This document shows, piece by piece, positions 20,809 through 31,395 of a stretch of 64,000 bases of DNA. The notes beneath the pieces were generated by a model. That model made no database searches. It saw nothing but the letters and a program-made list of their open reading frames with translations, and had not been told where the DNA came from. The DNA lies in the NCBI GenBank assembly GCA_964421955.1, contig CAYQYU010000003.1:12377-76376 (forward strand). Direction: 5' to 3'. This DNA comes from an uncultured archaeon. Its GTDB lineage: Archaea > Nanohalarchaeota > Nanosalinia > Nanosalinales > Nanosalinaceae. The translations under genes were made by a program, and so were the position numbers. How positions within the stretch are numbered: the first letter of the stretch is position 1; each line of letters opens with the position of its first letter.

Positions 20809-23499
20809 ATGTCTGAAATAAAATTTGTAGAAGAGGAAACCGCTTCTGAAACGCTTCCAGACGGCTTTGAGCCGTATGTCAAGCAGTGGTTTAACTCGGA
20901 GTTTCCCTCTCTTTCGGAGCCTCAGAAGTACTCCTTCGACCTGATACACAACGACGAGAACTCGCTGATATGCGCCCCCACCGGTTCAGGGAAGACCCTG
21001 AGCGCATTCCTCTCAGGCCTTAATGAGCTGTTCTTGATGGGTGACAAGGGAGAGCTGGACGATGAGGTCTACGTCCTCTACATATCGCCTCTGAGAGCTC
21101 TTTCAAACGACATCGAGAGAAACCTGGAGGCTCCGCTCAACGGGATAAAGGAAGAGGCCGAAGAGATGGGCCGGGAAGTCCCAGAGGTCAGGTCCGCAGT
21201 CAGGACGGGCGACACATCTAGCAGCGACAGGTCAAAGATGCTGGAGAAGCCGCCACACATACTGATTACAACGCCCGAGTCGCTCGGCATAATTCTCGAC
21301 TCGCCGAAGTTCAAGGAGAAGCTGAAGAACCTGAAATATGTGATCGTCGACGAGATCCACTCGCTTTCGGAGAACAAGCGCGGCGTCCACCTCTCACTGT
21401 CACTGGAGCGACTCGAAGAAATGGCGAACACCACTCCAACAAGAATCGGGCTGTCCGCGACCCAGGCACCGATCGATGAAATCGCGCGATACCTCGTGGG
21501 CTACGATGCGGATGAGGAAATCGGTACCAAAGAGGCGCAGGACGGCGACGAGGTGAAGAGTGGAGAGAAACTTGGCCGGGAAGAATACCGGTCCCGGGGC
21601 TGCAACATTGTAGACGTAGCGGCTTCAAAAGAGATCGACCTTGAAACAGTCTCGCCAGTTAGAGATCTCATCCACACACCACCAGAAGAAGTGCGCGAGG
21701 CTATGTACGACAAGATCCACAACCTGGTGCAGGACCACGACTCGACCATAATATTCACGAATACACGATCCGCAACCGAGAGAGTGGTCAACAACCTGAA
21801 GGAACGATTCCCCGACAGCTACGGCGAAAACACAGGAGCCCACCACTCCTCGATGTCCCGCGACGAGCGCTTAAAGGTCGAGGAAAAGCTGAAGAAAGGC
21901 GAGATGAAAGTCGCCGTAACTTCCACGTCGCTCGAGCTGGGCGTGGATATTGGCTCGGTCGACTTAGTGCTCCAGCTCGGATCGCCGAAAGGCGTCGCGA
22001 GAGGAATCCAGCGTGTCGGGCGATCGGGCCACAGGATAGGAGAGATCGCGAAGGGAAAGATGATTGTAACTGACAGGGACGAGGCCATGGAGTGCTCGGT
22101 GCTGACAAAGTGCGCGAAGGAGGACGACCTGGACAGGATACAGATACCCACAAACTCGCTTGACGTCCTCGCACAGCATATAGTCGGGATGGCTTGTAAC
22201 CGCCGCTGGGATGTGGAGCACGCATTTAATGTCATAAGAAAGTCTTACAACTTTGTCGACCTTTCGAGGGAAGATTATGATAACGTCCTGAAATACCTCG
22301 GCGGCGAGTACGAGCTCGAAGATCAGAACGTCTACAGGAAGATCTGGATCGACCACGAGGACCAGCTGTTTGGAAGATCGGGAAAGATGACCCGGGTGAT
22401 CTACATGACCAACATCGGAACGATTCCTGATGAAACAGGCTATGACGTTCTTACCCGCGGCAACCAGAACTACGTCGGCTCCCTGGAGGAGGAGTTCCTC
22501 GACCGTCTGACGAAGGGAGACATATTCACGCTTGGAGGTAAAACCTACCAGTTTTCTTACGCGAAGGGAATGAAAGTTTACGTCGACCCCAAGCCCCAGA
22601 AACAGCCCACGGTTCCCTCATGGTACTCGGAACGCCTGCCCCTGAGCTATGACCTTGGTATCAGGATCGGGGAATTCCGGCGTGACGTGAAAAAGCAGAT
22701 TGAACTCGGCGCGCCAGATGAGGGAATTGTGGAATGGATAATGCACAACTACTACCTGGATGAAAATACCGCGAACTCGATCTACCAGTACGTGAAGGAG
22801 CAGCACGACTTTTTCGGGGAGGTTTCGACCCACGAGGAATTCACCGTGGAGCGCTACATTGACGAGGAGAATCGGCAGAACCTTATCTTCCAGACCATCT
22901 ACGGAAGAAGAACTCACGACGCGCTCGCCCGGATAATCGCCCATTTACTGCAGAAGAAGATCTCGAGCAACGTCGGCATGGTAATCGACGATAATGGATT
23001 CATACTCATAACGCCTCGACGCCCGGTCGATCTCGATGCACTCCTTGAAGACCTGACAGAGTGCGACCTCGAGGAAGAGCTGAAGGAGGCGGTGGCCAAG
23101 ACCGAACTGATGAAGCGCCGTTTCAGGCACGTCGCGGGCAGAAGTTTGATGGTGCTCAGAAATTACGCGGGCAATTCGAAAACGGTCGGGCAGCAGCAGA
23201 TGAAGTCTCACTTCCTGATCTCGGTGATAAGAAACCGGTACGGCGAGGACTTCCCGATGATCAAGGAGACCTACAGGGAAATAATGGAGGACGCGATGGA
23301 CATCAAACACGTGCGGGAAGTAGTGGAGAAAATCGAAAATGGCGAAATAAGTTACGGACAGAAAGACTCTCCTGGAGTTCCCTCCCCGTTTTCCCACAAC
23401 CTGCTGCTCCAGGGTTCGACGGATGTAGTCAAGATGGGTGACAAGAAGGAGCGATTGCAGAAGCTGCATAAACAGGTCATGGAGAAGATCGAAGGCTGA
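20809..23499 (+). CDS. lhr: Lhr-family ATP-dependent helicase
   Basis: APTGSGKT, VDEIH, GLSAT, HHSS, SLELGVDIG, QRVGRSGH, NIGTIP, PSPF. Confidence 0.95.
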   Translation: MSEIKFVEEETASETLPDGFEPYVKQWFNSEFPSLSEPQKYSFDLIHNDENSLICAPTGSGKTLSAFLSGLNELFLMGDKGELDDEVYVLYISPLRALSNDIERNLEAPLNGIKEEAEEMGREVPEVRSAVRTGDTSSSDRSKMLEKPPHILITTPESLGIILDSPKFKEKLKNLKYVIVDEIHSLSENKRGVHLSLSLERLEEMANTTPTRIGLSATQAPIDEIARYLVGYDADEEIGTKEAQDGDEVKSGEKLGREEYRSRGCNIVDVAASKEIDLETVSPVRDLIHTPPEEVREAMYDKIHNLVQDHDSTIIFTNTRSATERVVNNLKERFPDSYGENTGAHHSSMSRDERLKVEEKLKKGEMKVAVTSTSLELGVDIGSVDLVLQLGSPKGVARGIQRVGRSGHRIGEIAKGKMIVTDRDEAMECSVLTKCAKEDDLDRIQIPTNSLDVLAQHIVGMACNRRWDVEHAFNVIRKSYNFVDLSREDYDNVLKYLGGEYELEDQNVYRKIWIDHEDQLFGRSGKMTRVIYMTNIGTIPDETGYDVLTRGNQNYVGSLEEEFLDRLTKGDIFTLGGKTYQFSYAKGMKVYVDPKPQKQPTVPSWYSERLPLSYDLGIRIGEFRRDVKKQIELGAPDEGIVEWIMHNYYLDENTANSIYQYVKEQHDFFGEVSTHEEFTVERYIDEENRQNLIFQTIYGRRTHDALARIIAHLLQKKISSNVGMVIDDNGFILITPRRPVDLDALLEDLTECDLEEELKEAVAKTELMKRRFRHVAGRSLMVLRNYAGNSKTVGQQQMKSHFLISVIRNRYGEDFPMIKETYREIMEDAMDIKHVREVVEKIENGEISYGQKDSPGVPSPFSHNLLLQGSTDVVKMGDKKERLQKLHKQVMEKIEG

Positions 23500-23548
23500 G
23501 CTAAACCGTACTGGTCTATTAAAATTCACTGAGTAGAACAAAATATAC

Positions 23549-25246
23549 ATGGCGCTGCAGTCTATCCTATCCCAGTACTTCCTCAGCCCTCTCGGTCTGC
23601 TAGGGCTTCTCGGACTCATACCGCTGATAGCGTTCTACCTGATAAGACCCGAGCCCGAGGAGCGCGTGATGCCGTCGATGGCGTTCTTCATAGAGGACAA
23701 AAAGCGCGGGAAGATCGACCAGGCGCTGAACAGGATTTTGAGAAACCTGCTGCTTATAGTCCATATACTCACGATAATTGGGCTGGCGGCGGCGCTCGCT
23801 GACCTCTACATCCACGGCGAGGCAAGACCTGACCGGACCGTGATAGTTCTCGACCGGTCCGCGTCGATGCAAAACGACATGGGCGATGCGAAGAGCTTCA
23901 TCAGGTCGAACCTTGGAGAACACAACACCCTGATAGTCGCGGGAGAAGAGGTCGATGTCCCCCTGGAGAGAGCCTCGAAATCGAAAATCCGGCAGAGACT
24001 CAACTCCATCGAATCCCGGGATGTCGAGACCGACATCTCGGCAGCACTTGAAGTCGCGGCCGACTACCGCGGAACAGTAACTATAGCGAGCGACCTCGAC
24101 CAGACCGTTAGCGAGCGGCCTCCCGAAGAACTGGTGAAGAACCTCGAGACCGACCGCAGCGTGAACATAATGGACGCCGACAACTCGAACTCCTGGGGCA
24201 TAGTGGGTGTAAACGCGGGCCGGAAGAACAGCTCGGTCGACATCAAGAACTTCCTCGACCAGGAGAGAGAGATCACCGTAACCGTCAACGAAGATACCCG
24301 GCAGAGAACCGTTGCTGGAGGAGAGGTCGAGACAGTCGTGTTTTCATCTTCGCGGCTCAATCACGTAGAACTCGAGGATGACGAGGTAGCCGCGGACAAC
24401 TCGGCGTACATCAGTGTTCCGGGAGACGAGAACTACGATGTCCTCTCCATCTCCGACTCCAGAAACCCGTACTTCAAGAAGGCCATCGAACTCATAGAGT
24501 TCACGGATATCCAGACCGCCAGACCACCGATACAGAGACGGATCGATGCGGACATCTACGTTATAGGCGAAACATCGAGAATACTGGAGACCGAGGTAGA
24601 GAAGATCAAGAGAGATGTCGAACAGGGTGCGTCGCTCGTAGTATTTGCGCAGCCAGACATCCGTGAGAAGGGCCTTGACTTTTTGCCCTCGCTAGACGGC
24701 AGACAGAACGCCTCGGTCGAAATAGAGCGGCCGCGCAGGATAAACGTTGGAGGAACCGAAGTCTACGAACTTGAGAGCAACAGAGGAGAATCGCTTTCCG
24801 AGCCGGATAACGCTGTAAGAAAGCTTGAATACGGCGAGGGCGAAGTACTATTCTACAATATCAGGGACGAGGACTTCCACTTCGACTTCCTCTACCCGAT
24901 TTTCTGGAAGGAAACGTTTGCGGACATGGTCGGCCGGCCTTCCGTAAATGAGCTGAACATAAGAACCGGAGAACAGATCGAAGGAGACTGGGTGGAGACG
25001 CCTGAAGGAAACAGGATTCAGGGACCAGTAACCGCGACTAATGCTGGATTCTACAATACTTCAAAGGGAGTCTACGGTGTTACTCTCACGAGCGAGGATG
25101 AATCGGACGCCGAAACCCCGGAACTGGACCTGGGACAGGTAGATGAAGGCGGCTCGGATAAAAACCTTAAGCGGCTCGTCGTGGTGCTGCTGGCAGCCCT
25201 GGCTTTCCTGGAACTGGCTTACCTCAGATACACGGGTGACATATAG
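23549..25246 (+). CDS. BatA-domain/vWA membrane protein
   Basis: N-terminal double TM with PS motif, VLDRSASM MIDAS, C-terminal TM. Confidence 0.85.
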   Translation: MALQSILSQYFLSPLGLLGLLGLIPLIAFYLIRPEPEERVMPSMAFFIEDKKRGKIDQALNRILRNLLLIVHILTIIGLAAALADLYIHGEARPDRTVIVLDRSASMQNDMGDAKSFIRSNLGEHNTLIVAGEEVDVPLERASKSKIRQRLNSIESRDVETDISAALEVAADYRGTVTIASDLDQTVSERPPEELVKNLETDRSVNIMDADNSNSWGIVGVNAGRKNSSVDIKNFLDQEREITVTVNEDTRQRTVAGGEVETVVFSSSRLNHVELEDDEVAADNSAYISVPGDENYDVLSISDSRNPYFKKAIELIEFTDIQTARPPIQRRIDADIYVIGETSRILETEVEKIKRDVEQGASLVVFAQPDIREKGLDFLPSLDGRQNASVEIERPRRINVGGTEVYELESNRGESLSEPDNAVRKLEYGEGEVLFYNIRDEDFHFDFLYPIFWKETFADMVGRPSVNELNIRTGEQIEGDWVETPEGNRIQGPVTATNAGFYNTSKGVYGVTLTSEDESDAETPELDLGQVDEGGSDKNLKRLVVVLLAALAFLELAYLRYTGDI

Positions 25247-25259
25247 TGAGGTGCTCGAA

Positions 25260-27452
25260 ATGACCGCAGGATTTGAACAACCAAGTCTTCTCGGGCTGCT
25301 TGTGCTCGCGCTGCCGGGCCTCTACCTGGCCGTGAAGCACGAGGAGAAGTACCGGAAGCTCATCAGCCTGTCCCATTCCCTGCTCATAGCGCTCCTGGTT
25401 GTAGCGGCGGCATCACCATTCATCAGTGCAGAGGCATCCGTGATGGAACAGCCGGAAATCACGGTACTGAAGGACGAATCCTCTTCGGCAAAAATACTTG
25501 AAGACGCGGATCTGGAGCTCGAGGGCGTGAAAATCCGGGAGAAGATCATCGCCTCGGGCAATAACTCCGACCTCGAACACGGCATGCTGAGGAACCTCGA
25601 CCCGAACAGTGCCTACATAGCAGTCAGCGACTTCCAGTCAGACTCCAGCCTCAAAGAAGTCGCGGACAGGTTCCAGCGGCAGAACTCGACCCTGAGCGCG
25701 TTGAGAGTCGATACAGAGGACGAGGCGTCGGTTAAGATCGAGGGTCCCGGCGCAACTGTTCCCGGTGCGACAAACCAGTTCCGCGTGAGAGTTAGGTCAA
25801 CTTCCGAAATTCCCGTGCCTGAAGTAACTCTCGACGGCCAGGAAGTAGATCTAACCAGGACAGGGAACAGCACCTGGGAGTTCTCGAGGACGTTCTCCGA
25901 GAAGGGCGCGCACCGGGTGAAGGCCTCGATTGATGAAGACGACGAGTTCCGGCAGAACAACAACTATTATCACGTGGTCGAGGTCAACGAGAAACCGGAG
26001 ATACTTGTTCTAGGCGTGGAAGGCGGAATCGGAGACAGGCTAGAGGAGTTCTACGAGGTCGAGCACACGGATAGTTTGCCCGACGACCTCTCGCCCTACT
26101 ACACGATCATCATGAAGGAGGATCCAGCGGAGGAACCGGTCGAGTACATCTCCCGCGGAAACGGAGTGGTCTACACCGCGGATTACGAGAAAACGCTCGA
26201 CACCCTCCCGGTCAAGACCGTTCCAGAGGACGAACAGAACAAGGGCGCGAAGATACTGCTGGCGATCGATATTTCAGTCGGTACAGGCGAGGGAGGTGCC
26301 GCAAAAAGGATCAAACAAGTATCTTACAACCTAGTTGAAGATCTGCCCTTCAACAACCGCGTGGGAGCAGTGGCCTACAACCGCGAGGCATATATCATGG
26401 AGAAACCTGACTCACTGTCGAAGAATAGAAACAGGCTGAAGCAGAAGATAGCGAGGCTGGAGCCTGAAGGACCTTCGTTCCACAATAACGGGATCCTGGG
26501 AGCGAAAGAACTCCTGAACGGGACAGGCAACATAATACTTATCTCCGACGGAAAGATCGGAGGATTAGGACAGAACAGAGACGTAGATTCAAAGGCGAAA
26601 CAGGTCGCATCTGACCTGGACGTAAAACTGATAACTGTGGGCGTCGGCAAGGACAGAAACGAAGACTTCCTGAGAGATCTCGCAAGTAGAGGCAACGGCC
26701 GCTACCTCGACGCGGAGGACTCCTACCGCCTCCAGTTCGAGTTTGAGGCCGGAGGTGCGTCGGGCGAGACTGTTCCCCTTGTGATCGTGAACCCTGATCA
26801 TTTTATCACGGACGGGCTGGAGACATCGTCTTCCGCTACCCACTTTGACTCGGTCACGCCCCGGACCGGTGCAAAGCTGCTCGCGACTGGCACGAACGGC
26901 AAGCCGTTCCTGACGGCCTGGCGTTATGGTATAGGGCGGGTTGCGGCATTCTCTGGCGGCGACAGCGATCTTTCGCAGGTGTCCAGGACTGATCCGCTGC
27001 TGATAACAAGGGCGGTCTCCTGGTCCGTCGGCGATCCTAAGAGGAAGCAGGACCAGTGGACCCGGATAGAGAACTCCAGAAGACCGGAAGAGGTCGAGGC
27101 CCGGTCATCCGAGAAGCTGGACGGCTTCAAGAGGCAGAGTCAAGACCTCTACACCGCGACACTGGAGCCAGAATCACTTGGCTTCCACAGCGTTGCGGGC
27201 AGGCCGTACGGGTACAGTTACAATAAAGAGATCGAGGAGATAGGGTACAGCGACAGCATGCGTGATCTGGTTAGGGATACAGGAGGTGAGGTCTACAGCC
27301 CGGACGAAACAGACGAGATAGAGCAGGACCTGACACGTTTCAGCCAGAATCAGGTTGTCACGAAAAAACCTCTTTCAAACCATTTACTCGTGGTCGCGAT
27401 GGTACTTTTCCTTGGCGAGGTCGGCTACCGGAAGATGAATGGTAAAAAATGA
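25260..27452 (+). CDS. vWA-domain membrane protein with Ig-like and GATase-like regions
   Basis: DESSSA and AIDIS MIDAS-like motifs, LISDG, ITVGVG, YGIGRVAAF. Confidence 0.85.
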   Translation: MTAGFEQPSLLGLLVLALPGLYLAVKHEEKYRKLISLSHSLLIALLVVAAASPFISAEASVMEQPEITVLKDESSSAKILEDADLELEGVKIREKIIASGNNSDLEHGMLRNLDPNSAYIAVSDFQSDSSLKEVADRFQRQNSTLSALRVDTEDEASVKIEGPGATVPGATNQFRVRVRSTSEIPVPEVTLDGQEVDLTRTGNSTWEFSRTFSEKGAHRVKASIDEDDEFRQNNNYYHVVEVNEKPEILVLGVEGGIGDRLEEFYEVEHTDSLPDDLSPYYTIIMKEDPAEEPVEYISRGNGVVYTADYEKTLDTLPVKTVPEDEQNKGAKILLAIDISVGTGEGGAAKRIKQVSYNLVEDLPFNNRVGAVAYNREAYIMEKPDSLSKNRNRLKQKIARLEPEGPSFHNNGILGAKELLNGTGNIILISDGKIGGLGQNRDVDSKAKQVASDLDVKLITVGVGKDRNEDFLRDLASRGNGRYLDAEDSYRLQFEFEAGGASGETVPLVIVNPDHFITDGLETSSSATHFDSVTPRTGAKLLATGTNGKPFLTAWRYGIGRVAAFSGGDSDLSQVSRTDPLLITRAVSWSVGDPKRKQDQWTRIENSRRPEEVEARSSEKLDGFKRQSQDLYTATLEPESLGFHSVAGRPYGYSYNKEIEEIGYSDSMRDLVRDTGGEVYSPDETDEIEQDLTRFSQNQVVTKKPLSNHLLVVAMVLFLGEVGYRKMNGKK

Positions 27453-27484
27453 TGAGGACAATTACACCTAGAGGTCGATAAGAA

Positions 27485-27973
27485 ATGGAGACACCAATGT
27501 TGAAAAGAAGGCTGAACCCGTTCCTGCTCGCCTCGACAGTCCTTATACTTTCACTTCTAGCAGGACTATCGGTGCTCTACCAGGGCCAGCTTGACAACGT
27601 GGTATCCGACAGGCAGGAGCTGAAACAGGACCTCCAGGAGACTGAGAACCAGCTCTCCAGCGTCCAGTCCGAGAACGCCAACCTGACTTCAGAGCTCAGC
27701 AAGACCCAGAGCGATCTGGACCGGTATCTCCGGCTCTACAACTCGACAAAAGAGGAGCGGAACAGCCTCAGCAACGAGGTCAACAGCCTGGAGGGCGAGG
27801 TTGACAGCCTGGAATCCCAGTTGAACGACTTGGAACAGAATATTTCGAAGCTTAAATTTGATCTGACACGTCTGAACGACACTCTAGAACTCATATGCAC
27901 CGATGACGACAACAACATAACCGAAGGCGACGAATACTGTGAGGAACACGGTTACGAGTACGAGGGAGGGTAG
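27485..27973 (+). CDS. Membrane-anchored coiled-coil protein
   Basis: N-terminal TM, long heptad repeat, terminal Cys pair. Confidence 0.75.
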   Translation: METPMLKRRLNPFLLASTVLILSLLAGLSVLYQGQLDNVVSDRQELKQDLQETENQLSSVQSENANLTSELSKTQSDLDRYLRLYNSTKEERNSLSNEVNSLEGEVDSLESQLNDLEQNISKLKFDLTRLNDTLELICTDDDNNITEGDEYCEEHGYEYEGG

Positions 27974-27975
27974 AT

Positions 27976-28731
27976 ATGAGAGTTGAGAAGCTTCTGAAGA
28001 GGTTAAGGCGAGAGTTCATCAAGGTCAACATGATTCAGGCGATACTTGACTCCCTGCTGTTCTTTCTCTCCGCAAACCTAGTGCTGTTCCTTTTCAGTAT
28101 CTCGCTGACCGCGAGCTTCGAGAACATCGAGGTACTGGCCGCAATGACCGTTGTCTTCCTGATGGGCGACCTGGTCTACAGGACGAGGAAGTACCGGCTG
28201 GAGATATACGAGGAGAAAAACCCCGAGCTCGAAGAGATTCTGAGGACGGCGCGGGACAACCTCGACCGGCAGAACATCGTCTCCCAGGCACTTTTCGACG
28301 ACCTGCTTGACCGAGCACGGACTGTCACTTCGGAGAGCATCATACCTTCGAAACGGATCATCCAGAAAATACTTATGGTCGGGCTCCTGAGTTTCCTCAC
28401 CGTTTTCTCCGGTATAACAAGCTTCCAGCTGCAGGAGGACGGCGGCGAGATACTGCCTGAGGTTGACCGCATCCGGGAGCTTGTCCAGGGCAAGAAGGAC
28501 GATGGCTTCCAGCTCCACAACTCCAGCCAGATTTACGGCGATTCGGAAGATATCGATGCATCGGAGATGGACATCCAGTTCAACATAACAGGAGAAGGGG
28601 AAGCCGGTGAATCATCCGGACAGGAAACGCGGTCTATAGAAGAGCTCGCGCTCGATATCTCTTCAAGCACGATGGATGAGGACCTCGAGCTGGCGAAGGA
28701 GTACAGTATAGCTATCAAGGAGATAGGCTGA
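27976..28731 (+). CDS. Membrane protein associated with the MoxR/vWA cluster
   Basis: 3 TM, NPELEEILRTARD motif, acidic tail. Confidence 0.75.
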   Translation: MRVEKLLKRLRREFIKVNMIQAILDSLLFFLSANLVLFLFSISLTASFENIEVLAAMTVVFLMGDLVYRTRKYRLEIYEEKNPELEEILRTARDNLDRQNIVSQALFDDLLDRARTVTSESIIPSKRIIQKILMVGLLSFLTVFSGITSFQLQEDGGEILPEVDRIRELVQGKKDDGFQLHNSSQIYGDSEDIDASEMDIQFNITGEGEAGESSGQETRSIEELALDISSSTMDEDLELAKEYSIAIKEIG

Positions 28732-28779
28732 ATAATGAAAAAACAATTGTTAAAATAAGTCACTACAAAATAATCGTAT

Positions 28780-29745
28780 ATGAAGATAGAAGGAACCGAC
28801 GAGGCCGGAAAGTACGAGAAAGTGAATGAAAAGCTCAACAGCATAATGACCGAGGTACAGAAGGTAATAGTCGGTCAGGAAGACGTTCTCGAAAAACTGT
28901 TGATCGCGGTTCTATGTGACGGAAACGTCCTCGTCGAATCCTACCCCGGGCTTGGAAAGACCAAGATGATACGCACCCTTTCAGAGGTCATGGGGCTCGA
29001 GTTCTCACGGATACAGAACACGCCCGACCTGATGCCTTCAGACATTACCGGGACGCACATCATCGACGAGACCTCGGGCGACAAGGAGTTCGTCTTCCAG
29101 CGTGGACCAATCTTCGCTAACATGATACTGGCGGACGAGATTAATAGAGCGACGCCAAAGACCCAGGCCGCGCTGCTTGAGGCGATGCAGGAGAAGCAGG
29201 TCACCGCGGGCAACCAGTCTTACCAGCTCGACAAGCCGTTCTTCCTGATGGCAACCCAGAACCCGATCGACCAGGAAGGGACCTACCCGCTGCCCGAGGC
29301 GCAGAGCGACCGGTTCCTGATGAAGGTGAAGGTTGACTACCCGGGTGAAGACGAGGAGAACCAGATCGTCAACAGGTTCACCTCCGAACTTAATTATGCC
29401 CCGGATCTCGAAAACGTCCTCTCGAAGGGCTCGGTGATCAAGATACAGGAGTTCACGACGCAGGTGCCAATCGCCGACGACATCAGAGAGAAAGCTGTAA
29501 AGATGGTCAAGAGCACCAGGGAACACGAAGACCTGGACTATGGCGCGTCTCCACGCGCATCTCTCGGAATAGTCAGGGCGGCGAAGGCCCGGGCGCTGAT
29601 AGAGGGACGGAACCACGTTTCCGAGAAGGATATCGACGCGATGGCTGTACCTGTCATGCGGCACAGGATCGGACTCAACTTCCAGGCCGAGAAGAAGGGC
29701 AGGACTCCCGAGGACGTTATACAGGAGATAGTCGATGAATCATGA
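28780..29745 (+). CDS. moxR: MoxR-family AAA+ ATPase
   Basis: PGLGKT, TPDLMPSDITG, LADEINRA.PKTQAALLEAMQE, ATQNP...EGTYPLPEAQ.DRF. Confidence 0.95.
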   Translation: MKIEGTDEAGKYEKVNEKLNSIMTEVQKVIVGQEDVLEKLLIAVLCDGNVLVESYPGLGKTKMIRTLSEVMGLEFSRIQNTPDLMPSDITGTHIIDETSGDKEFVFQRGPIFANMILADEINRATPKTQAALLEAMQEKQVTAGNQSYQLDKPFFLMATQNPIDQEGTYPLPEAQSDRFLMKVKVDYPGEDEENQIVNRFTSELNYAPDLENVLSKGSVIKIQEFTTQVPIADDIREKAVKMVKSTREHEDLDYGASPRASLGIVRAAKARALIEGRNHVSEKDIDAMAVPVMRHRIGLNFQAEKKGRTPEDVIQEIVDES

Positions 29746-29760
29746 TAGGAGGCATTAAAA

Positions 29761-30621
29761 GTGGCAATAGAACTCGACTTTCTCGAAGAGCTTGACCGTT
29801 TCCAGCTCGCGTTAAAGAAGAACTCTAGAGAGCTGAGAGAGGGAGAGCAGCAGTCCGCAACTACCGGACAGGGCATGATATTCGAGGACCACAAGAAGTA
29901 CGTCCCCGGCGACGATATCCGGAAGATGGACTGGAACGTTTACGCCCGGACGGAGGAACTATTCATCAAGCGTTTCGAGGAGGAGAAGAGCATCACCGTC
30001 CACGTACTCGTTGACCGCTCCTCGTCGATGGATTACGGCAAGATCAACAAGTACGAGTTCGCGTCGAAGATCGGTCTGGCGATCGCCTACATGGTCTCAA
30101 ACACCAATGACCGGTTCCGCTTCTCCGTTTTTTCAGAGACTGTTACCGACATATCCTCTGGCAGGAGAAATGCGAACATGGCCGGGCTCGTCGACACCCT
30201 GAACGGGCTAAGAAAGACTCCGGAGTCGATGGTGGAACGCTGCCTGACAGAGTACGCGAGCAGGATCCAGAACAAGTCGATGGTCGTCGTGATCAGCGAC
30301 TTCCTGACGGATATCGAGGGTATAGAGGCCGGAGTCGAGCGGCTTAAAGGCACAGACACCGTGCTCGTCAACACTCTCGATGTGACAGAGCTTGATCCAG
30401 ACTTTGAAGGCGACGCGATCCTGAAAGATCCCGAGTCGGACTCAACCCTGAGAACCTATTTATCCCGGAGAACCAAGGAAGGCTACCAGGATCGGCTGGA
30501 AGAACACACGGACCGGATCGAGGAGATCGCAGAGAGAAACGGCGCGCGATACATAAAGCTCTCGACAGGAGACGACATCTTCGAGTCCTTTTTGAGCGTC
30601 TGGCGTCTCATGAACATGTAG
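29761..30621 (+). CDS. DUF58 (vWA-like) protein
   Basis: FEDHKKYVPGDDIRKMDWN, VDRSSSM, VISDF. Confidence 0.92.
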   Translation: MAIELDFLEELDRFQLALKKNSRELREGEQQSATTGQGMIFEDHKKYVPGDDIRKMDWNVYARTEELFIKRFEEEKSITVHVLVDRSSSMDYGKINKYEFASKIGLAIAYMVSNTNDRFRFSVFSETVTDISSGRRNANMAGLVDTLNGLRKTPESMVERCLTEYASRIQNKSMVVVISDFLTDIEGIEAGVERLKGTDTVLVNTLDVTELDPDFEGDAILKDPESDSTLRTYLSRRTKEGYQDRLEEHTDRIEEIAERNGARYIKLSTGDDIFESFLSVWRLMNM

Positions 30622-30657
30622 CTCTCTTACAAAAGATTTCATCATCAATTGTTCTGC

Positions 30658-31395
30658 ATGAAAATACTCGGCTTTGAAACCATAGACTCGCTGCCCGCGC
30701 TCTATCACCCTGGGATGGATATGATTGTGATCTCAGATCTGCATCTCGGGCTGGAGGGCTCGGTAACTTCAGAGGGAGGCTACATCCCGCAGTTCCAGCT
30801 TGAGGATCTGGTGGATGACCTGGAGTTCGCGAAAGAAGAGACTGGCGCATCAAGGATACTTGTCAACGGCGACCTGAAGCACGAGTTTTCAAGAACACGT
30901 TACAGTGAGCGTCAGGAGATAGAGGAGTTCATAGAGTTTCTCGATGCGATGTTCGACGAGGTTATCGTCATCCAGGGAAACCACGACACCTTTATCGAGA
31001 GTATAGTGGAAGATAACGGCGGAAAGTTCAGCAAACATTTTATTGAAGACGGCATCCTTTTCATCCACGGCCATAACAGACTCTCCGAGCTCGAGGCAGG
31101 CGACTACGAAACCCTGGTGATCGGCCACGAGCACCCGGCACTTGTACTCAAGGACGAGATCGGGGTGAAGGAGAAGGTCGACTGTTTCCTCTACGGCGAA
31201 ACCCGGAGTGGGAAAAATATCGTTGTTCTTCCCGCTTTCTCGAAAATCTCGGGAGGCTCAAAGGTCAACCAGGTGCCGCAGAACCAGCTGCTCTCGCCGA
31301 TTCTAAGGAACGAGGCGGATATCAGGGAGCTGAAGGCGGTCGCAGTTTCCAGGGAGGCCGGCATCTACAGCTTTCCAGAGATCGGTCTCATCTAG
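30658..31395 (+). CDS. Metallophosphoesterase (Lhr-associated MPE type)
   Basis: SDLHLG, NGDLKH, GNHD, HGH, GHEHP, LPAF. Confidence 0.9.
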   Translation: MKILGFETIDSLPALYHPGMDMIVISDLHLGLEGSVTSEGGYIPQFQLEDLVDDLEFAKEETGASRILVNGDLKHEFSRTRYSERQEIEEFIEFLDAMFDEVIVIQGNHDTFIESIVEDNGGKFSKHFIEDGILFIHGHNRLSELEAGDYETLVIGHEHPALVLKDEIGVKEKVDCFLYGETRSGKNIVVLPAFSKISGGSKVNQVPQNQLLSPILRNEADIRELKAVAVSREAGIYSFPEIGLI

